A DNA stretch of 64,000 bases from a virus: IMG/VR virus record IMGVR_UViG_3300037486_000582, positions 44,578 through 108,577 of that record. One strand, given 5' to 3'. Position 1 is the stretch's first letter. Each line of letters begins with the position of its first letter. The translations under genes were made by a program, and so were the position numbers. The notes below the pieces were generated by a model. That model was not told the origin of the DNA, ran no database searches, and was given only the letters and a program-made list of their open reading frames with translations. Positions 36,344 through 45,647 of this stretch are shown here, one piece after another.

Positions 36344-36816
36344 GGCTTCGCCTGCTGCCCGAGGCGCCATGCGGCTTCGTCCGCGTCGCCCAACAGCCCG
36401 GGTGCGCGGATCAGCGCCATGCACCGCACCGCGGCGAAGGTTCCGCCGATGAAGACCTCGGCCATCTTCTGCAACGCGGCGTGGTGCTTCCGGGCGGCGG
36501 TCACCATCAGGATGCTGTAGTCGCCCTGCACGTCGCGGGCGGAGATGACCCGCACGCCCCTGACCCCGTGGAGCCGCTTGATCGCCTTGACCACCGACGC
36601 CACCCCGCCGAGCCACTCGCCGCCGCGGTAGATGAACGCCTCCCTGTCGCCGTTGGCTCGGGCCAGGATGAGGACGTGCCCCTCCTTCGGGTTGAAGCCG
36701 AACGTGGGGAGCAGCTGCCCCGGCTCCCAGAAGTAGTCGCCGTGGCCGTCGGGCGCGTCATCATCGCCGAGGAGGAGCAGACCGTTCAGAAAGACGTCGG
36801 GCTTCCGCTTCGCCAC
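36340..36816 (-). CDS. hypothetical protein, probably leaderless
   Basis: GTG 6 nt after GCGCAATGAC. Confidence 0.6.
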   Translation of the reverse strand: MAKRKPDVFLNGLLLLGDDDAPDGHGDYFWEPGQLLPTFGFNPKEGHVLILARANGDREAFIYRGGEWLGGVASVVKAIKRLHGVRGVRVISARDVQGDYSILMVTAARKHHAALQKMAEVFIGGTFAAVRCMALIRAPGLLGDADEAAWRLGQQAKP

Positions 36817-36823
36817 GGCCCGG

Positions 36824-37210
36824 TCATTGCGCCCGCCGGGCGTAGTGACCGGCCAGCGCCGCGTCCCACAGCAGGAGCGGAATCCGCTGGCCGAAGCCGC
36901 CCGCCGCCGCCACGACCAGGCTCGAGTACCAGGACCAGCCCACGTCGTACAGACCGAGGCCGGCGACCTCGACCGCCATCCGGTGCGGGTTGAGCTCGCG
37001 CCCCACCGCGATGTACACGACGGGGCGCACCACCGAGAGCCGCACCTCCGCCTCGGCCTCGGGCGGCAGCCGCGAGAGCAGCATGTCCCACCCGTGCGCC
37101 CCCACGTCGAGGAGGCCGTGCCGGTTCAGGTCAGCCTCCGTCGGCTCGTCTGGCGACGGGGACAGGAACCGCAGCGCGAACACGCGCAAGCCCTTCATCG
37201 ACGCGGTCAT
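36824..37210 (-). CDS. hypothetical protein
   Basis: ATGA overlap; ends AQ* in promoter motif. Confidence 0.55.
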   Translation of the reverse strand: MTASMKGLRVFALRFLSPSPDEPTEADLNRHGLLDVGAHGWDMLLSRLPPEAEAEVRLSVVRPVVYIAVGRELNPHRMAVEVAGLGLYDVGWSWYSSLVVAAAGGFGQRIPLLLWDAALAGHYARRAQ

Positions 37211-37548
37211 TGGGCGACCAGGCGGAGCTGTACCGCGCTGGCGAACAGGGACTTCACGCCGAACAGGCGGTAGGTCCGTCCCAGGCACAGCGCGACGTAG
37301 CCGGCGTCGCGGGCGGCCCGCAGGTTGGGGACGAAGAACGGAGCCGTGTCCACCTCGCGCTCGAACTTCAGGTCGAGCAGCAGGTCCGGCGGCAAGACCC
37401 GACGCTGTAGCGGGTCGCTTCGCGGCACCATCATCACGAGCTGGTGGGCCACTGGCCCGTAGAGCCGCGCCTCGGCCGACTCCACGGCAGCAGCCTCCAC
37501 GGTGGGGGCGGTGGTCAGCAGCGCCCCGGTTCTGTCGATGAAGGTCAC
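37207..37548 (-). CDS. hypothetical protein, paralog family A, probably leaderless
   Basis: GTG 6 nt after GCTCAATGAC; TFIDRTGALLTTAPT...ESAEARLYG. Confidence 0.55.
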   Translation of the reverse strand: MTFIDRTGALLTTAPTVEAAAVESAEARLYGPVAHQLVMMVPRSDPLQRRVLPPDLLLDLKFEREVDTAPFFVPNLRAARDAGYVALCLGRTYRLFGVKSLFASAVQLRLVAQ

Positions 37549-37860
37549 GGCCGGGTCATTGAGCCGGCCCGCGGCGCAGCACGAAGCAAAGCCGTCGAAA
37601 GGGTGCCGGGTCAAAGCCAGAGTCGGTGCGGAGCCCGTTGTGCGGCCAAGGACGGTGGCTCAAGTCCGCGCAGAAGGGCGGCTGCTCGGGGCGGTGGCGC
37701 ATTGGCGGCAGCGCGCCGACCCCCACCCGAGCAGCGCCGTCGGGCCGGAGCCGCGCCGTCTTCGCAGAATCGGCGCGGACTGCGTGCGGGGCGCAAGGGG
37801 TGAGTTCAGGGTGCGGATGGAGGAGCACGTTAGCACCCACCGCCCCGGCCACGGCCGGCG

Positions 37861-37876
37861 GCCCCCCCGGGGGGGC
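37861..37876. repeat. perfect palindrome G-C7-G7-C
   Basis: GCCCCCCCGGGGGGGC within an ~800-bp non-coding region. Confidence 0.85.
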
Positions 37877-38233
37877 GGTTTCGTCAATGATATGGAGGGT
37901 TTAGCTCCGGCAGCGGAGCCCGGCCTGGAGGGGCAACCCCTCCAAATCGTTAGGGTGACTCCGGCCGGATGCGGGTCTGGCGCCAGGCCGGCGGCTGGCC
38001 GCCGCCGGAGTGCTGCTGGAACGGCCAGCCGGCCTGGCGCCTCGGTGGGCGCGGCACGGGGTCGGGGAGGCCACAGGACGGCGTTCTCTACTCGCGCGCC
38101 CGCGCGCATCCCGTCGCGGCCGGCCCCGACAGGCCGGCTCACCGCGGAATCGGTGTACAGTCTGTGAGGTCGTGGCTCCGCGCGGATGGACCTACAACCG
38201 CGCCAAGTGTTCGGAGTCTGTACGGAAGCGCCC

Positions 38234-38340
38234 CGGTCTGCATGTTCTACAGGCGGTCTGCATGTTCTACAGGCGGTCTGCATGGTCTGTAGCCGGTCTG
38301 CATGTTCTACAGCGTGGTGAACATGGTGAGCATGGTGAAC
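38234..38340. repeat. 20-bp tandem repeat x4 followed by 9-bp repeats
   Basis: CGGTCTGCATGTTCTACAGG x4 (38234-38313), then (CA)TGGTGA(A/G) x3. Confidence 0.9.
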
Positions 38341-38368
38341 CGCGGCAGGCAGCCTCGTCCGCCCGCGC

Positions 38369-39184
38369 TCACGGCTTGCGCGGCTCGCCCTTGGGCGGCG
38401 GGTCCACGACGTAAGCCTCGACCCGCACGAGGCCTTCCTGGGCTCGGACGCGCTCGAGCGCCCGGGAGGCCATGTCGATGACGCGCTCGGCGTCGTCCAT
38501 GGACATGCGGTCGGCCTGGATGCCGAGTATCTCGGTCGGCGCGCCGAGGAGGAGGCGCTCCATTCGCATGGTGGTCTCCGCGGCTTCGGCCGCGGTCTTC
38601 GCCAAGTACCCGCAGCTCGAGACGAACTGCAACGTCTGCGCGGGCGTCAGCAGCACATCGCCAGCGTCCAGCGACTTCTGCAGCGCCTGCGCACGGGCCA
38701 CGCCCGCTCGGAGCAGGTGGCTTGTCGTGCCCATCAGGGCAATGGTGTTGCCGCGGGACAGCTGGACCATCTGTCCTTCCTGAGCTCGTGCCCGGGCTGC
38801 GTCGAGCGCGGCCGCTTCCGCGTCCAAGGCCAGCTTCCGTGCGGCTTCGGGATGGAGCCCCTGCGGGGAGGCCTGGAGTGCTGCCATAGAACCCGGCGTC
38901 TGCACGGAAGCTGTATCGCCGCCGGGCGTCTGCACGCCCCCACCATCGGCCTGAAATCGGATCGCCCTGGCCAGCCGTTGCTCCTGCTCCAACACGTCCC
39001 GAATCGGCGGCCACCGGCGGGCCGGCCAGCCCCTAAGTAGTGCTAATCGTGCCGTTTTACGCGCGACCCCCGCCGCCTTCGCAGCAGCACTGACGTTTCC
39101 GGGTACGGCACGAAACGCAGCGAGCAGCGCGTCATAGACCTCCCGCTCGATTGGCTTGCACAGGGGTTCTGACTTCTCGCTCAC
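38369..39184 (-). CDS. HTH protein with helical C-terminus; candidate terminase small subunit
   Basis: GNVSAAAKAAGVARKTA HTH; MERLLLGAPTE-type ending; GGAGG before GTG 39184. Confidence 0.55.
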   Translation of the reverse strand: MSEKSEPLCKPIEREVYDALLAAFRAVPGNVSAAAKAAGVARKTARLALLRGWPARRWPPIRDVLEQEQRLARAIRFQADGGGVQTPGGDTASVQTPGSMAALQASPQGLHPEAARKLALDAEAAALDAARARAQEGQMVQLSRGNTIALMGTTSHLLRAGVARAQALQKSLDAGDVLLTPAQTLQFVSSCGYLAKTAAEAAETTMRMERLLLGAPTEILGIQADRMSMDDAERVIDMASRALERVRAQEGLVRVEAYVVDPPPKGEPRKP

Positions 39185-39444
39185 GGGGACCGCCTCCGTT
39201 GTCCACACGACTGTACTCGACCTGGGGCCGGTCATCCAGCCTGACAACGGGGTGCGCCCGCTTCTGCACCCGGCGCCGTCACCGCGGCCGGGTACACCGG
39301 GCAACCACCCAAGCCGGCCGCGCTGCTCCGTCCGTCCTACTTCCCCGTCCTGTTGCTCACGGGCCGCCGAGGGCTTGGCCACTGGATACGCTGGCCACCA
39401 CCCGGTAGAGTTCGGGGCGTGGGCTGGGAAGGAGCCACGCGACG

Positions 39445-40584
39445 ATGGCACGACTGACGGAAGCGGAGATGCTCGGAGCGCTGGACGCCGGGCGGGTGGT
39501 ATTCCTGCTCGAGCCGCCGCATCGGCGGAAGCACATCCCGATGGGACTCGCGCGGATCGCGGGTTATCTACGGCTGGCTGGGAAGGCGCCGCGGTACGGG
39601 CGGTGGCTGAACCGTGGCGACGCGGACGTGGACCTGGTCTGCGTGGGGTCGTTGTGGACGCAGGACTTGACCATCCTCATCCAGTCCATCGACCGGGCGA
39701 GGCGAGTCGCGCCGCGAGCTCGCATCGTGGTTGGCGGGGTACTGGCGTCGCTCATGCCCGACCTTGTGGCCGGGGCGACCGGGGCCGACGTCTTCTGCGG
39801 CACCTCCCCGGTACTGGACGCGGTCCGTCCCGACTACTCGCTCGCCTGGCGGCCCGACCCCAAGTTCGAGACGGCCGCCTTCGTCTACACGACCCGCGGC
39901 TGCCCAAACTCCTGCCCATACTGCGTGGTCGGACGCATCGAGCGGCCCCGCTACGTCGTCGAGGGGTGGCGTGAGCAGATGGTCGTCCGCGGCAAGGACA
40001 CGGTCCTCGTCAGCGACAACAACCTGCTCGCGTGGCCCGACGCCCACTGGACCGCCGTGCTGGACGCCGTGGAAGCGTCGGGACTCAAGGCGTGCTTCGA
40101 CAACGGCTTCGACTGCCACCGGGTCGACGACGACGTGGCCGCACGGCTGGCCCGGCTTCGGTACGGGCTGTCGGGGCTCCGCATGAGCTTCGACCGGGTC
40201 GGCGACGACGGCGTGTTCCAGTCGGCGGCCCGCCGGCTCATCAAGGCGGGGTGCCACGTCGAGGACATGATGGCGTTCGTGCTCTACAACTTCCACGACA
40301 CGCCGGCGGAGGCGCACTACAAGCTGATGGAGGTCCTCCGGCTCGGCATCCGCCCGTACCCGCAGCAGTACGTCCCGCTGGACAAGATCGAACGGGCCGG
40401 CAAGCACGTGGGCCGTTACTGGACGGACCGCGCGCTCGGCGCCTTCCGCTTCTACTGGCTGATGCGGGGCATCCACAACAAGGAGACGCTCCCCGCCTGG
40501 CTCCGGCGGGCAGGGGCGCGCCAGTGCCGGCTCGGGCCTCGCGACCTGGACATCCTCATGCCGCTCACCGACTGGGTCCGATAG
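39445..40584 (+). CDS. B12-binding-domain radical SAM enzyme
   Basis: PMGLARIAGYL, IVVGGVLASL, TTRGCPNSCPYC, DNNLL, FDNGFD. Confidence 0.85.
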   Translation: MARLTEAEMLGALDAGRVVFLLEPPHRRKHIPMGLARIAGYLRLAGKAPRYGRWLNRGDADVDLVCVGSLWTQDLTILIQSIDRARRVAPRARIVVGGVLASLMPDLVAGATGADVFCGTSPVLDAVRPDYSLAWRPDPKFETAAFVYTTRGCPNSCPYCVVGRIERPRYVVEGWREQMVVRGKDTVLVSDNNLLAWPDAHWTAVLDAVEASGLKACFDNGFDCHRVDDDVAARLARLRYGLSGLRMSFDRVGDDGVFQSAARRLIKAGCHVEDMMAFVLYNFHDTPAEAHYKLMEVLRLGIRPYPQQYVPLDKIERAGKHVGRYWTDRALGAFRFYWLMRGIHNKETLPAWLRRAGARQCRLGPRDLDILMPLTDWVR

Positions 40585-40594
40585 GTGGGAGCGG

Positions 40595-40661
40595 GGTCTG
40601 CATCGTCTGCACCTGGTCAGCATCGTCTGCACCGGTCAGCATCGTCTGCACGGCGTCTGCA
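40595..40661. repeat. 19-20-bp tandem repeat x3 with GTCTGCA core
   Basis: GGTC(T/A)GCATCGTCTGCAC repeated in convergent intergenic space. Confidence 0.85.
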
Positions 40662-40703
40662 AGCTGGCGAGCGGTCACCGCTTCGGCGGACGCGGAAGGT
40701 CGT

Positions 40704-41198
40704 CTACCACGACCAGGTCGGCCCGCCGACGCCCCGAGGACGCTGGAGCAGGGCGACCCGGCGCTTGAGCGTCCGATGGTGCCACCAGCACCGCGCCATG
40801 TACGGGGTCGTCGGGTCGCGCCGTCTGCACGAGGAGCACGCGCTTTCGGCTGCGTAGGCGCCGGGGTCCACAGCCCAGCCGTACTCCATGGCCGCCTGCG
40901 TGATGGTCGTCGCGTCCTGACCCGACTTGTCGAAACCGGGCAGGAAGCCCAGGTAGGCCGAACACCCGTCGCGTTTCCCCACGGCGCGGACGCAGACGTG
41001 GAGCCGGCCGCTTCCCCTCGGGCCGTCCGAGTACTTCGCCAGGAAGCGCCAGCCGATCGCCAACGGGAACGTCTGGCCAAGCCGGAGCAGCGCCGCCTTG
41101 TCCGGCGGCAGCACGTCGCACACCCGCTGGAGAAGCGCGCTCGCGACCACCGCGAGCGTCACCGGAGGCGCGATGACGAGTGGTCCGGGCCGGCTCAC
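40704..41198 (-). CDS. hypothetical protein
   Basis: GTGA overlap. Confidence 0.5.
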   Translation of the reverse strand: MSRPGPLVIAPPVTLAVVASALLQRVCDVLPPDKAALLRLGQTFPLAIGWRFLAKYSDGPRGSGRLHVCVRAVGKRDGCSAYLGFLPGFDKSGQDATTITQAAMEYGWAVDPGAYAAESACSSCRRRDPTTPYMARCWWHHRTLKRRVALLQRPRGVGGPTWSW

Positions 41199-41686
41199 TT
41201 CAGCACGTTCCCGTCCCAGCACACCGACACGCAACACCCGAGCAACGCCTCCCTCAACAGCTCCCTGGCCCGCTTGCGTCGGACGGAGCCGAGCCGATAC
41301 GTCCGTCCCAGCACCCTCACCAGCGCGTGCAGATTGAGCTGCCGAACAACGACGTGCCCTCCCGGCTTCCGTCGCCGGTGCTCCCTGGTCTCAACCGTCA
41401 CCACCGCGCACGCCCGCTCGCCGAGACGGATCGCTGCTCCGGTCGCGTCGGGCAGACGGCGAAGCACCACGCCGGTCAGGATGGCTTGCTTCGCCAGGTT
41501 CCAATCGGTCATCCGACGGGCATTCGTGTACCCCCATCTGTCCACGAGCGCCCCGCCGTCGAAGGTCATGTAAGCCCGGAACAAATCGCCTTCCAAACTC
41601 GTTCGGAGCACGATACCATCTTCGCCTTGCTGCTCGCATAGTTGCGTGGTTTGTTGCCCCGTTTGTTGCCCCGTTTGTTGCCCCAT
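41195..41686 (-). CDS. hypothetical protein (N-terminal GQQT repeats)
   Basis: GAGGG RBS. Confidence 0.55.
   Translation of the reverse strand: MGQQTGQQTGQQTTQLCEQQGEDGIVLRTSLEGDLFRAYMTFDGGALVDRWGYTNARRMTDWNLAKQAILTGVVLRRLPDATGAAIRLGERACAVVTVETREHRRRKPGGHVVVRQLNLHALVRVLGRTYRLGSVRRKRARELLREALLGCCVSVCWDGNVLK
41649..41684. repeat. 12-bp tandem repeat x3
   Basis: GTTTGTTGCCCC x3; near-identical to unit at 57757. Confidence 0.9.
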
Positions 41687-41696
41687 CAGTACGCCC

Positions 41697-42113
41697 TCAC
41701 GACAGCCACCCACGGTCGTAGTTGAACAGGGCGCCTTTCGGGGTCTCCGCGGCCCCGTCCTCGTACCCAAGGCCGAGCGTCTGCGCGCAACTGGCTACCG
41801 CTGTCGGCGTGCCCCACCCGTGGCACCCACCAAGCGAGTAGCACTCGTTGTCGACGACCAGGACGACGTGCCAGACGAACGGGTGGCGGAGCTCGAGCTG
41901 GCCGCACAGGAACTCGGTCAAGACGCAGAGCGTCCCCTGTGTACCGAGCCGAAGGGCTGCCTGGACGGCTTCCGGAAGCAGCGCCCGCAGCCGCCCGGCC
42001 GACACCTCCAAGTCCTTCACGTCGTCCCCGGTGCCGGGAAACAAGACGTCGCAGAGGTTCCGCCCGCTCCTGTCCTCGCCCACGAACTCCCGCCGACGGA
42101 ACGGCATCCTCAC
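41697..42113 (-). CDS. hypothetical protein
   Basis: GTGA overlap. Confidence 0.5.
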   Translation of the reverse strand: MRMPFRRREFVGEDRSGRNLCDVLFPGTGDDVKDLEVSAGRLRALLPEAVQAALRLGTQGTLCVLTEFLCGQLELRHPFVWHVVLVVDNECYSLGGCHGWGTPTAVASCAQTLGLGYEDGAAETPKGALFNYDRGWLS

Positions 42114-42472
42114 GCCTCGTCTTCCGGCATTGGCTGGTCCGGCTGCTCGTCGCTCATGCTCCGCGTCCGGAACTCCACGGACCAGCCAACGGCCCGCGCC
42201 GCGGTCAGGTACTTGCGCGCAGTCTTGGCCATCAACAGCGTCGACACCCGCGTCCAACGCTCGTTGGAACTCAAGGTCCGTGCCCAGACAACGTAGTTGA
42301 TCCGCGCGTACGGCTTGCCGCGCACGGTCACCGTCTCGATCATAAGCGCCACGAGCTCGCCGAGCCGAGCGGCCGCCTGACCCACCATTGGCAACTTCCG
42401 CACGATCCGCCTGTGGATGCGCAGCCCCTCAGCCTTGGAAATAGAGACCTGACGATCCAGCCAGTGCGTCAC
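42110..42472 (-). CDS. hypothetical basic protein
   Basis: GTGA overlap. Confidence 0.5.
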   Translation of the reverse strand: MTHWLDRQVSISKAEGLRIHRRIVRKLPMVGQAAARLGELVALMIETVTVRGKPYARINYVVWARTLSSNERWTRVSTLLMAKTARKYLTAARAVGWSVEFRTRSMSDEQPDQPMPEDEA

Positions 42473-42843
42473 GGCCGCCTCGTCCCCCTCCAGAGCGCCC
42501 GCGCCTCTTGACGTGGCACCCGGAGCTGAATGTGGCACTCGAACGCAGCAGCCACAAGGCGCCGGAAACCCTCGGTGTCGGCGCGGTCCAAGCACCCGAC
42601 CCGATACGTCCTCCCATCGAGCGACGCGTAGGCGAACGACAGGCTGTTCCTGTGCTCGAACCACATGTTGACGCGCGCCCCGCCGCCTAGCCTCACCTCG
42701 GCCGCTATCTCCGGTGGCAGAAACCCGAGCAGCGCGCCGACCAGCCCGGGCGTGTCGTTTCCGGCCGCCTCCACGAAGGCGTCGTGCATGCGCTCGAACG
42801 GGTTCCCCGGGAGTCGGTGCCGCTGCTTGGGCATCACCACCAC
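42469..42843 (-). CDS. hypothetical protein
   Basis: Operon context. Confidence 0.5.
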   Translation of the reverse strand: MVVMPKQRHRLPGNPFERMHDAFVEAAGNDTPGLVGALLGFLPPEIAAEVRLGGGARVNMWFEHRNSLSFAYASLDGRTYRVGCLDRADTEGFRRLVAAAFECHIQLRVPRQEARALWRGTRRP

Positions 42844-43274
42844 TCCACATCCCCGTGCCCACGGTCAACCCCAATGCACCAGCGACGCCGGATGGCGTCG
42901 AACGCCAGCGACAGCCGCGCCCCGGGCCGGACCGCACCCTCCAGCCCGTCCGCCTGCACGGGGTCGATGTTCAGGAGCTGGACCTCCGTCGTGCTGATGT
43001 CCGTGTCCGCCGCCTCCCCGCTGGTCGGCCGCATGACCTGGGTCAACGCGACGAAGCCACGGCCCGCCCACCATCGCTTCCCGGCCAAAGGTGGCCCGCC
43101 GTCGTCGCAGAGGAGGAGCAGGAGCGCCGGGTGGTGCGAGAGCCCCGTCTCGAGTGCCGACAGGACCACGAAGCCGGTCGCCGGGCCGCCGCTCAGTCGG
43201 TAGGCGGCGACCGCCTCTGGCGGAGCGTGGTGATCGAGCAGCGCGGCCAACTTCTGGCGCACGTCAGCCCCCAT
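42834..43274 (-). CDS. hypothetical protein
   Basis: GGAGG RBS. Confidence 0.5.
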   Translation of the reverse strand: MGADVRQKLAALLDHHAPPEAVAAYRLSGGPATGFVVLSALETGLSHHPALLLLLCDDGGPPLAGKRWWAGRGFVALTQVMRPTSGEAADTDISTTEVQLLNIDPVQADGLEGAVRPGARLSLAFDAIRRRWCIGVDRGHGDVEWW

Positions 43275-44343
43275 CCCCTCCGGCCGCCGGGAGGGCCAAG
43301 TCGAGCGCCACGACGTCCTCGACTGGAATGGCGTACACGAGATTCCGGAAGTTCATCCACGCGTCGGACCCGATGACCGGGCGCCGAACTCCGGATCGGA
43401 CGTCGACCGCAATCGCTCGGTCCGCCGATATGGCGAGCGCCGCCTCTCGGTTCCTGTACAGCCCGCACTTTCGGCACCCGACGACCTGGATGTAATCGCT
43501 TGGGAGGATGCTCGTTGCGAACCCGCGCACCGTCCTGTAACCCGGGCAATCCGGCGAGCACGAGAGCCGGCGAGCCCGTCGTTGCAGGTCCGGTGTCGCT
43601 GTACTCGCCGCTGGATCGCCTCCGGGCGCATCGCCGGAGCCGCCGCACCGATCACAGGGCCAGCTGTGGTAGCCGACGTAGTCCGTGTGGCTCACGACAC
43701 CGCCGCCGCTGCAGGCTGGGCACGGTTCCACACCCAGCCGCCGGGTCGCTGCCCGCGCCACTGCTGCGCCAAGCCGGTCCAAGAGCACCGCCTCCTCGAT
43801 TCGCGCCGGCTCTAGGAGTCCCCGGATCAACGTCGCCTCGTCCGCCGTCAGCGTCAGCGTGATCGCCCGTCCGTGCGGCGGCCCGCTCGCGACCAGCCCG
43901 GTCATCAGGAGCACCGACCGCACGTCCGGCATCTCTTCCGCCCTGATGTAGACGGTCGGGGTGCCGTCGTACAGGACACCGAGCGCGCGGCACACGTCCT
44001 CGGCCGCCGCGTTTCTGCCGGCGTCCGTGACGTGTTGCTCGCGAACAGTCTCCGACGCCAGACGGTACGAGGAGCCGCCCCGCCCACGGAGCCTCTCGAG
44101 CCACCCGATGTCGACGAGGTAGCCGAGCAGCACACGCACCTCCTGGTACGAGCCTTGGACACGCATCCGCACGTCGGGGTCGTCCTTCCCGGAGTTCGAC
44201 GGTGGAAGCCCGCACCGCCGGCCGACGTTGGTCGCTGTCAGCCCGTCCTTGCGCTTCGACCGCCGCACCGCGGCCATCACGCGAGCGGTCAACTCCGGGT
44301 TCTGTTCGTGAAGCTGCATGGTCCCGTTCCCCACCGCGCTCAT
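43264..44343 (-). CDS. hypothetical protein (wHTH-like N-terminus; DnaJ-type CxxCxGxG Zn finger)
   Basis: CPACSGGG...CDRCGGSG. Confidence 0.6.
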   Translation of the reverse strand: MSAVGNGTMQLHEQNPELTARVMAAVRRSKRKDGLTATNVGRRCGLPPSNSGKDDPDVRMRVQGSYQEVRVLLGYLVDIGWLERLRGRGGSSYRLASETVREQHVTDAGRNAAAEDVCRALGVLYDGTPTVYIRAEEMPDVRSVLLMTGLVASGPPHGRAITLTLTADEATLIRGLLEPARIEEAVLLDRLGAAVARAATRRLGVEPCPACSGGGVVSHTDYVGYHSWPCDRCGGSGDAPGGDPAASTATPDLQRRARRLSCSPDCPGYRTVRGFATSILPSDYIQVVGCRKCGLYRNREAALAISADRAIAVDVRSGVRRPVIGSDAWMNFRNLVYAIPVEDVVALDLALPAAGGDGG

Positions 44344-44861
44344 TGAGCGCCCGCGCACCGAGCGCGGCCCGCCCAGTCCTCGAACACGACCACGACCGAG
44401 TAGAACCGTGCCTTGTCGAGCGGCACCCCATCCGGCCGCACGTACCGCAGCTTGTTGGGCAGGAACTCCAAGTGGAACGCGGGGTACACGAGGACGAGCC
44501 CACCGGCCGGAGGCTGATCCTGAGCGACGATGAACCTTCGCCACCAGACCTTCCCCGTCTTCGCAGGCAGAAGGGCGACAACGCGGCGAGCCCGCCCGGT
44601 CAGCACCTCCGCCCGCGCCTTCGTCACCCATCGCTGCTCGGCCGTTCCGTAGGGGCAGTTCATGTAGCAGACGCCGGCCCACGGCTGCGTCAGCCCGTCG
44701 TCGCGGGCGGTGAAGTAGGTCGGACAGACGTGGAGCGCGTCGCTGGCGGCCACGTCCAGGTCGAACGCGCCGCCAGCCCACCGAACAGCCAGCGACTTCG
44801 CCAGCGCGGGCGGCGTGCCGAACTCCGGGTCGGTCAGCGCCCAGCCGGCCGGCCGCCTCAT
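44340..44861 (-). CDS. phage DNA N6-adenine methyltransferase (Dam, PF05869-like), NCPY variant
   Basis: TPP, FDLDVAAS, FTARDDGLTQPW, YMNCPY, WVTKA, VVALLPAKT. Confidence 0.8.
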   Translation of the reverse strand: MRRPAGWALTDPEFGTPPALAKSLAVRWAGGAFDLDVAASDALHVCPTYFTARDDGLTQPWAGVCYMNCPYGTAEQRWVTKARAEVLTGRARRVVALLPAKTGKVWWRRFIVAQDQPPAGGLVLVYPAFHLEFLPNKLRYVRPDGVPLDKARFYSVVVVFEDWAGRARCAGAQ

Positions 44862-44898
44862 CGACCCGCCCCGCCGCCGGCCGCTGGCAATCCGATGC

Positions 44899-45207
44899 TC
44901 ACAGGCCCAGCCCGCCCAAGCGCCACTCCGCGTCCATGATGGACCAGGCACGGCCGACTGCAGCGCGCATCTCCCTGAAGGCTGCGCTCGCCGGCATCCC
45001 GAGGGTGATGGAGTCCACGACGCTCATCGACCGCCTGAAGCCGTCCCTGGTCTGCTTGCGAATGGGGGCGGAACAGTCCATTCCGCGGAGCCGCCGCACC
45101 TCGCTTGACAAGTACCAGCTCGAGCACCCCATTTGAATCGCTTCGCCGCAGAGCGCAAGCATGAGGTCGCGCAGCTCGTCGGCGGACGTGCGGTCGGTAA
45201 CGGTCAC
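44899..45207 (-). CDS. hypothetical protein
   Basis: GTGA overlap. Confidence 0.5.
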   Translation of the reverse strand: MTVTDRTSADELRDLMLALCGEAIQMGCSSWYLSSEVRRLRGMDCSAPIRKQTRDGFRRSMSVVDSITLGMPASAAFREMRAAVGRAWSIMDAEWRLGGLGL

Positions 45208-45647
45208 AGCCCGCCTCCCAGGCGCCACTCCGCCTCCATGATGTTCGCCGCCAGCAGCAACCGCTCCAGAGCAGCGGCCACTTCGTCGGGGTGCGGCCGG
45301 GCCGCCACGGCGAGCTGGCAAACGTACCGAGCGTGCGTGATCAGCTCCCTGTCCTTCGGAGGCCACAACACACGGCCAGCCGGCCCGCGCGGGCCACGGG
45401 CTTTCAGGTACGCCACGTCCGTCCAGAAGTTGTTGACCCGGACGAGCGTGTCGGACGGCTTCCAGGCCTGCCGGTGCTCGGGGTCGTCTTCCGTCGGCTC
45501 GTTCGCCAGGCGCGCGGCCACGCGGGACAGGGCGGCGACCTGGTCCGGCCAGAGGTCGGAGCCTCTTGGCGCCGAGCGGTTCCATCCGAGCAGCCAGTCC
45601 ACAAGCCCGGGCAACTCGGCACAGACGGTGACCCGCGCGGTCGGCAC
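45204..45647 (-). CDS. hypothetical protein
   Basis: GGAGGAGG RBS before GTG. Confidence 0.5.
   Translation of the reverse strand: MPTARVTVCAELPGLVDWLLGWNRSAPRGSDLWPDQVAALSRVAARLANEPTEDDPEHRQAWKPSDTLVRVNNFWTDVAYLKARGPRGPAGRVLWPPKDRELITHARYVCQLAVAARPHPDEVAAALERLLLAANIMEAEWRLGGGL

Noticed and set aside
38234-38340. Possible CRISPR or mini-array
   Set aside because: Repeats are head-to-tail with no unique spacers and no cas genes; the same applies to 40595-40661, 41649-41684 and 57757-57816
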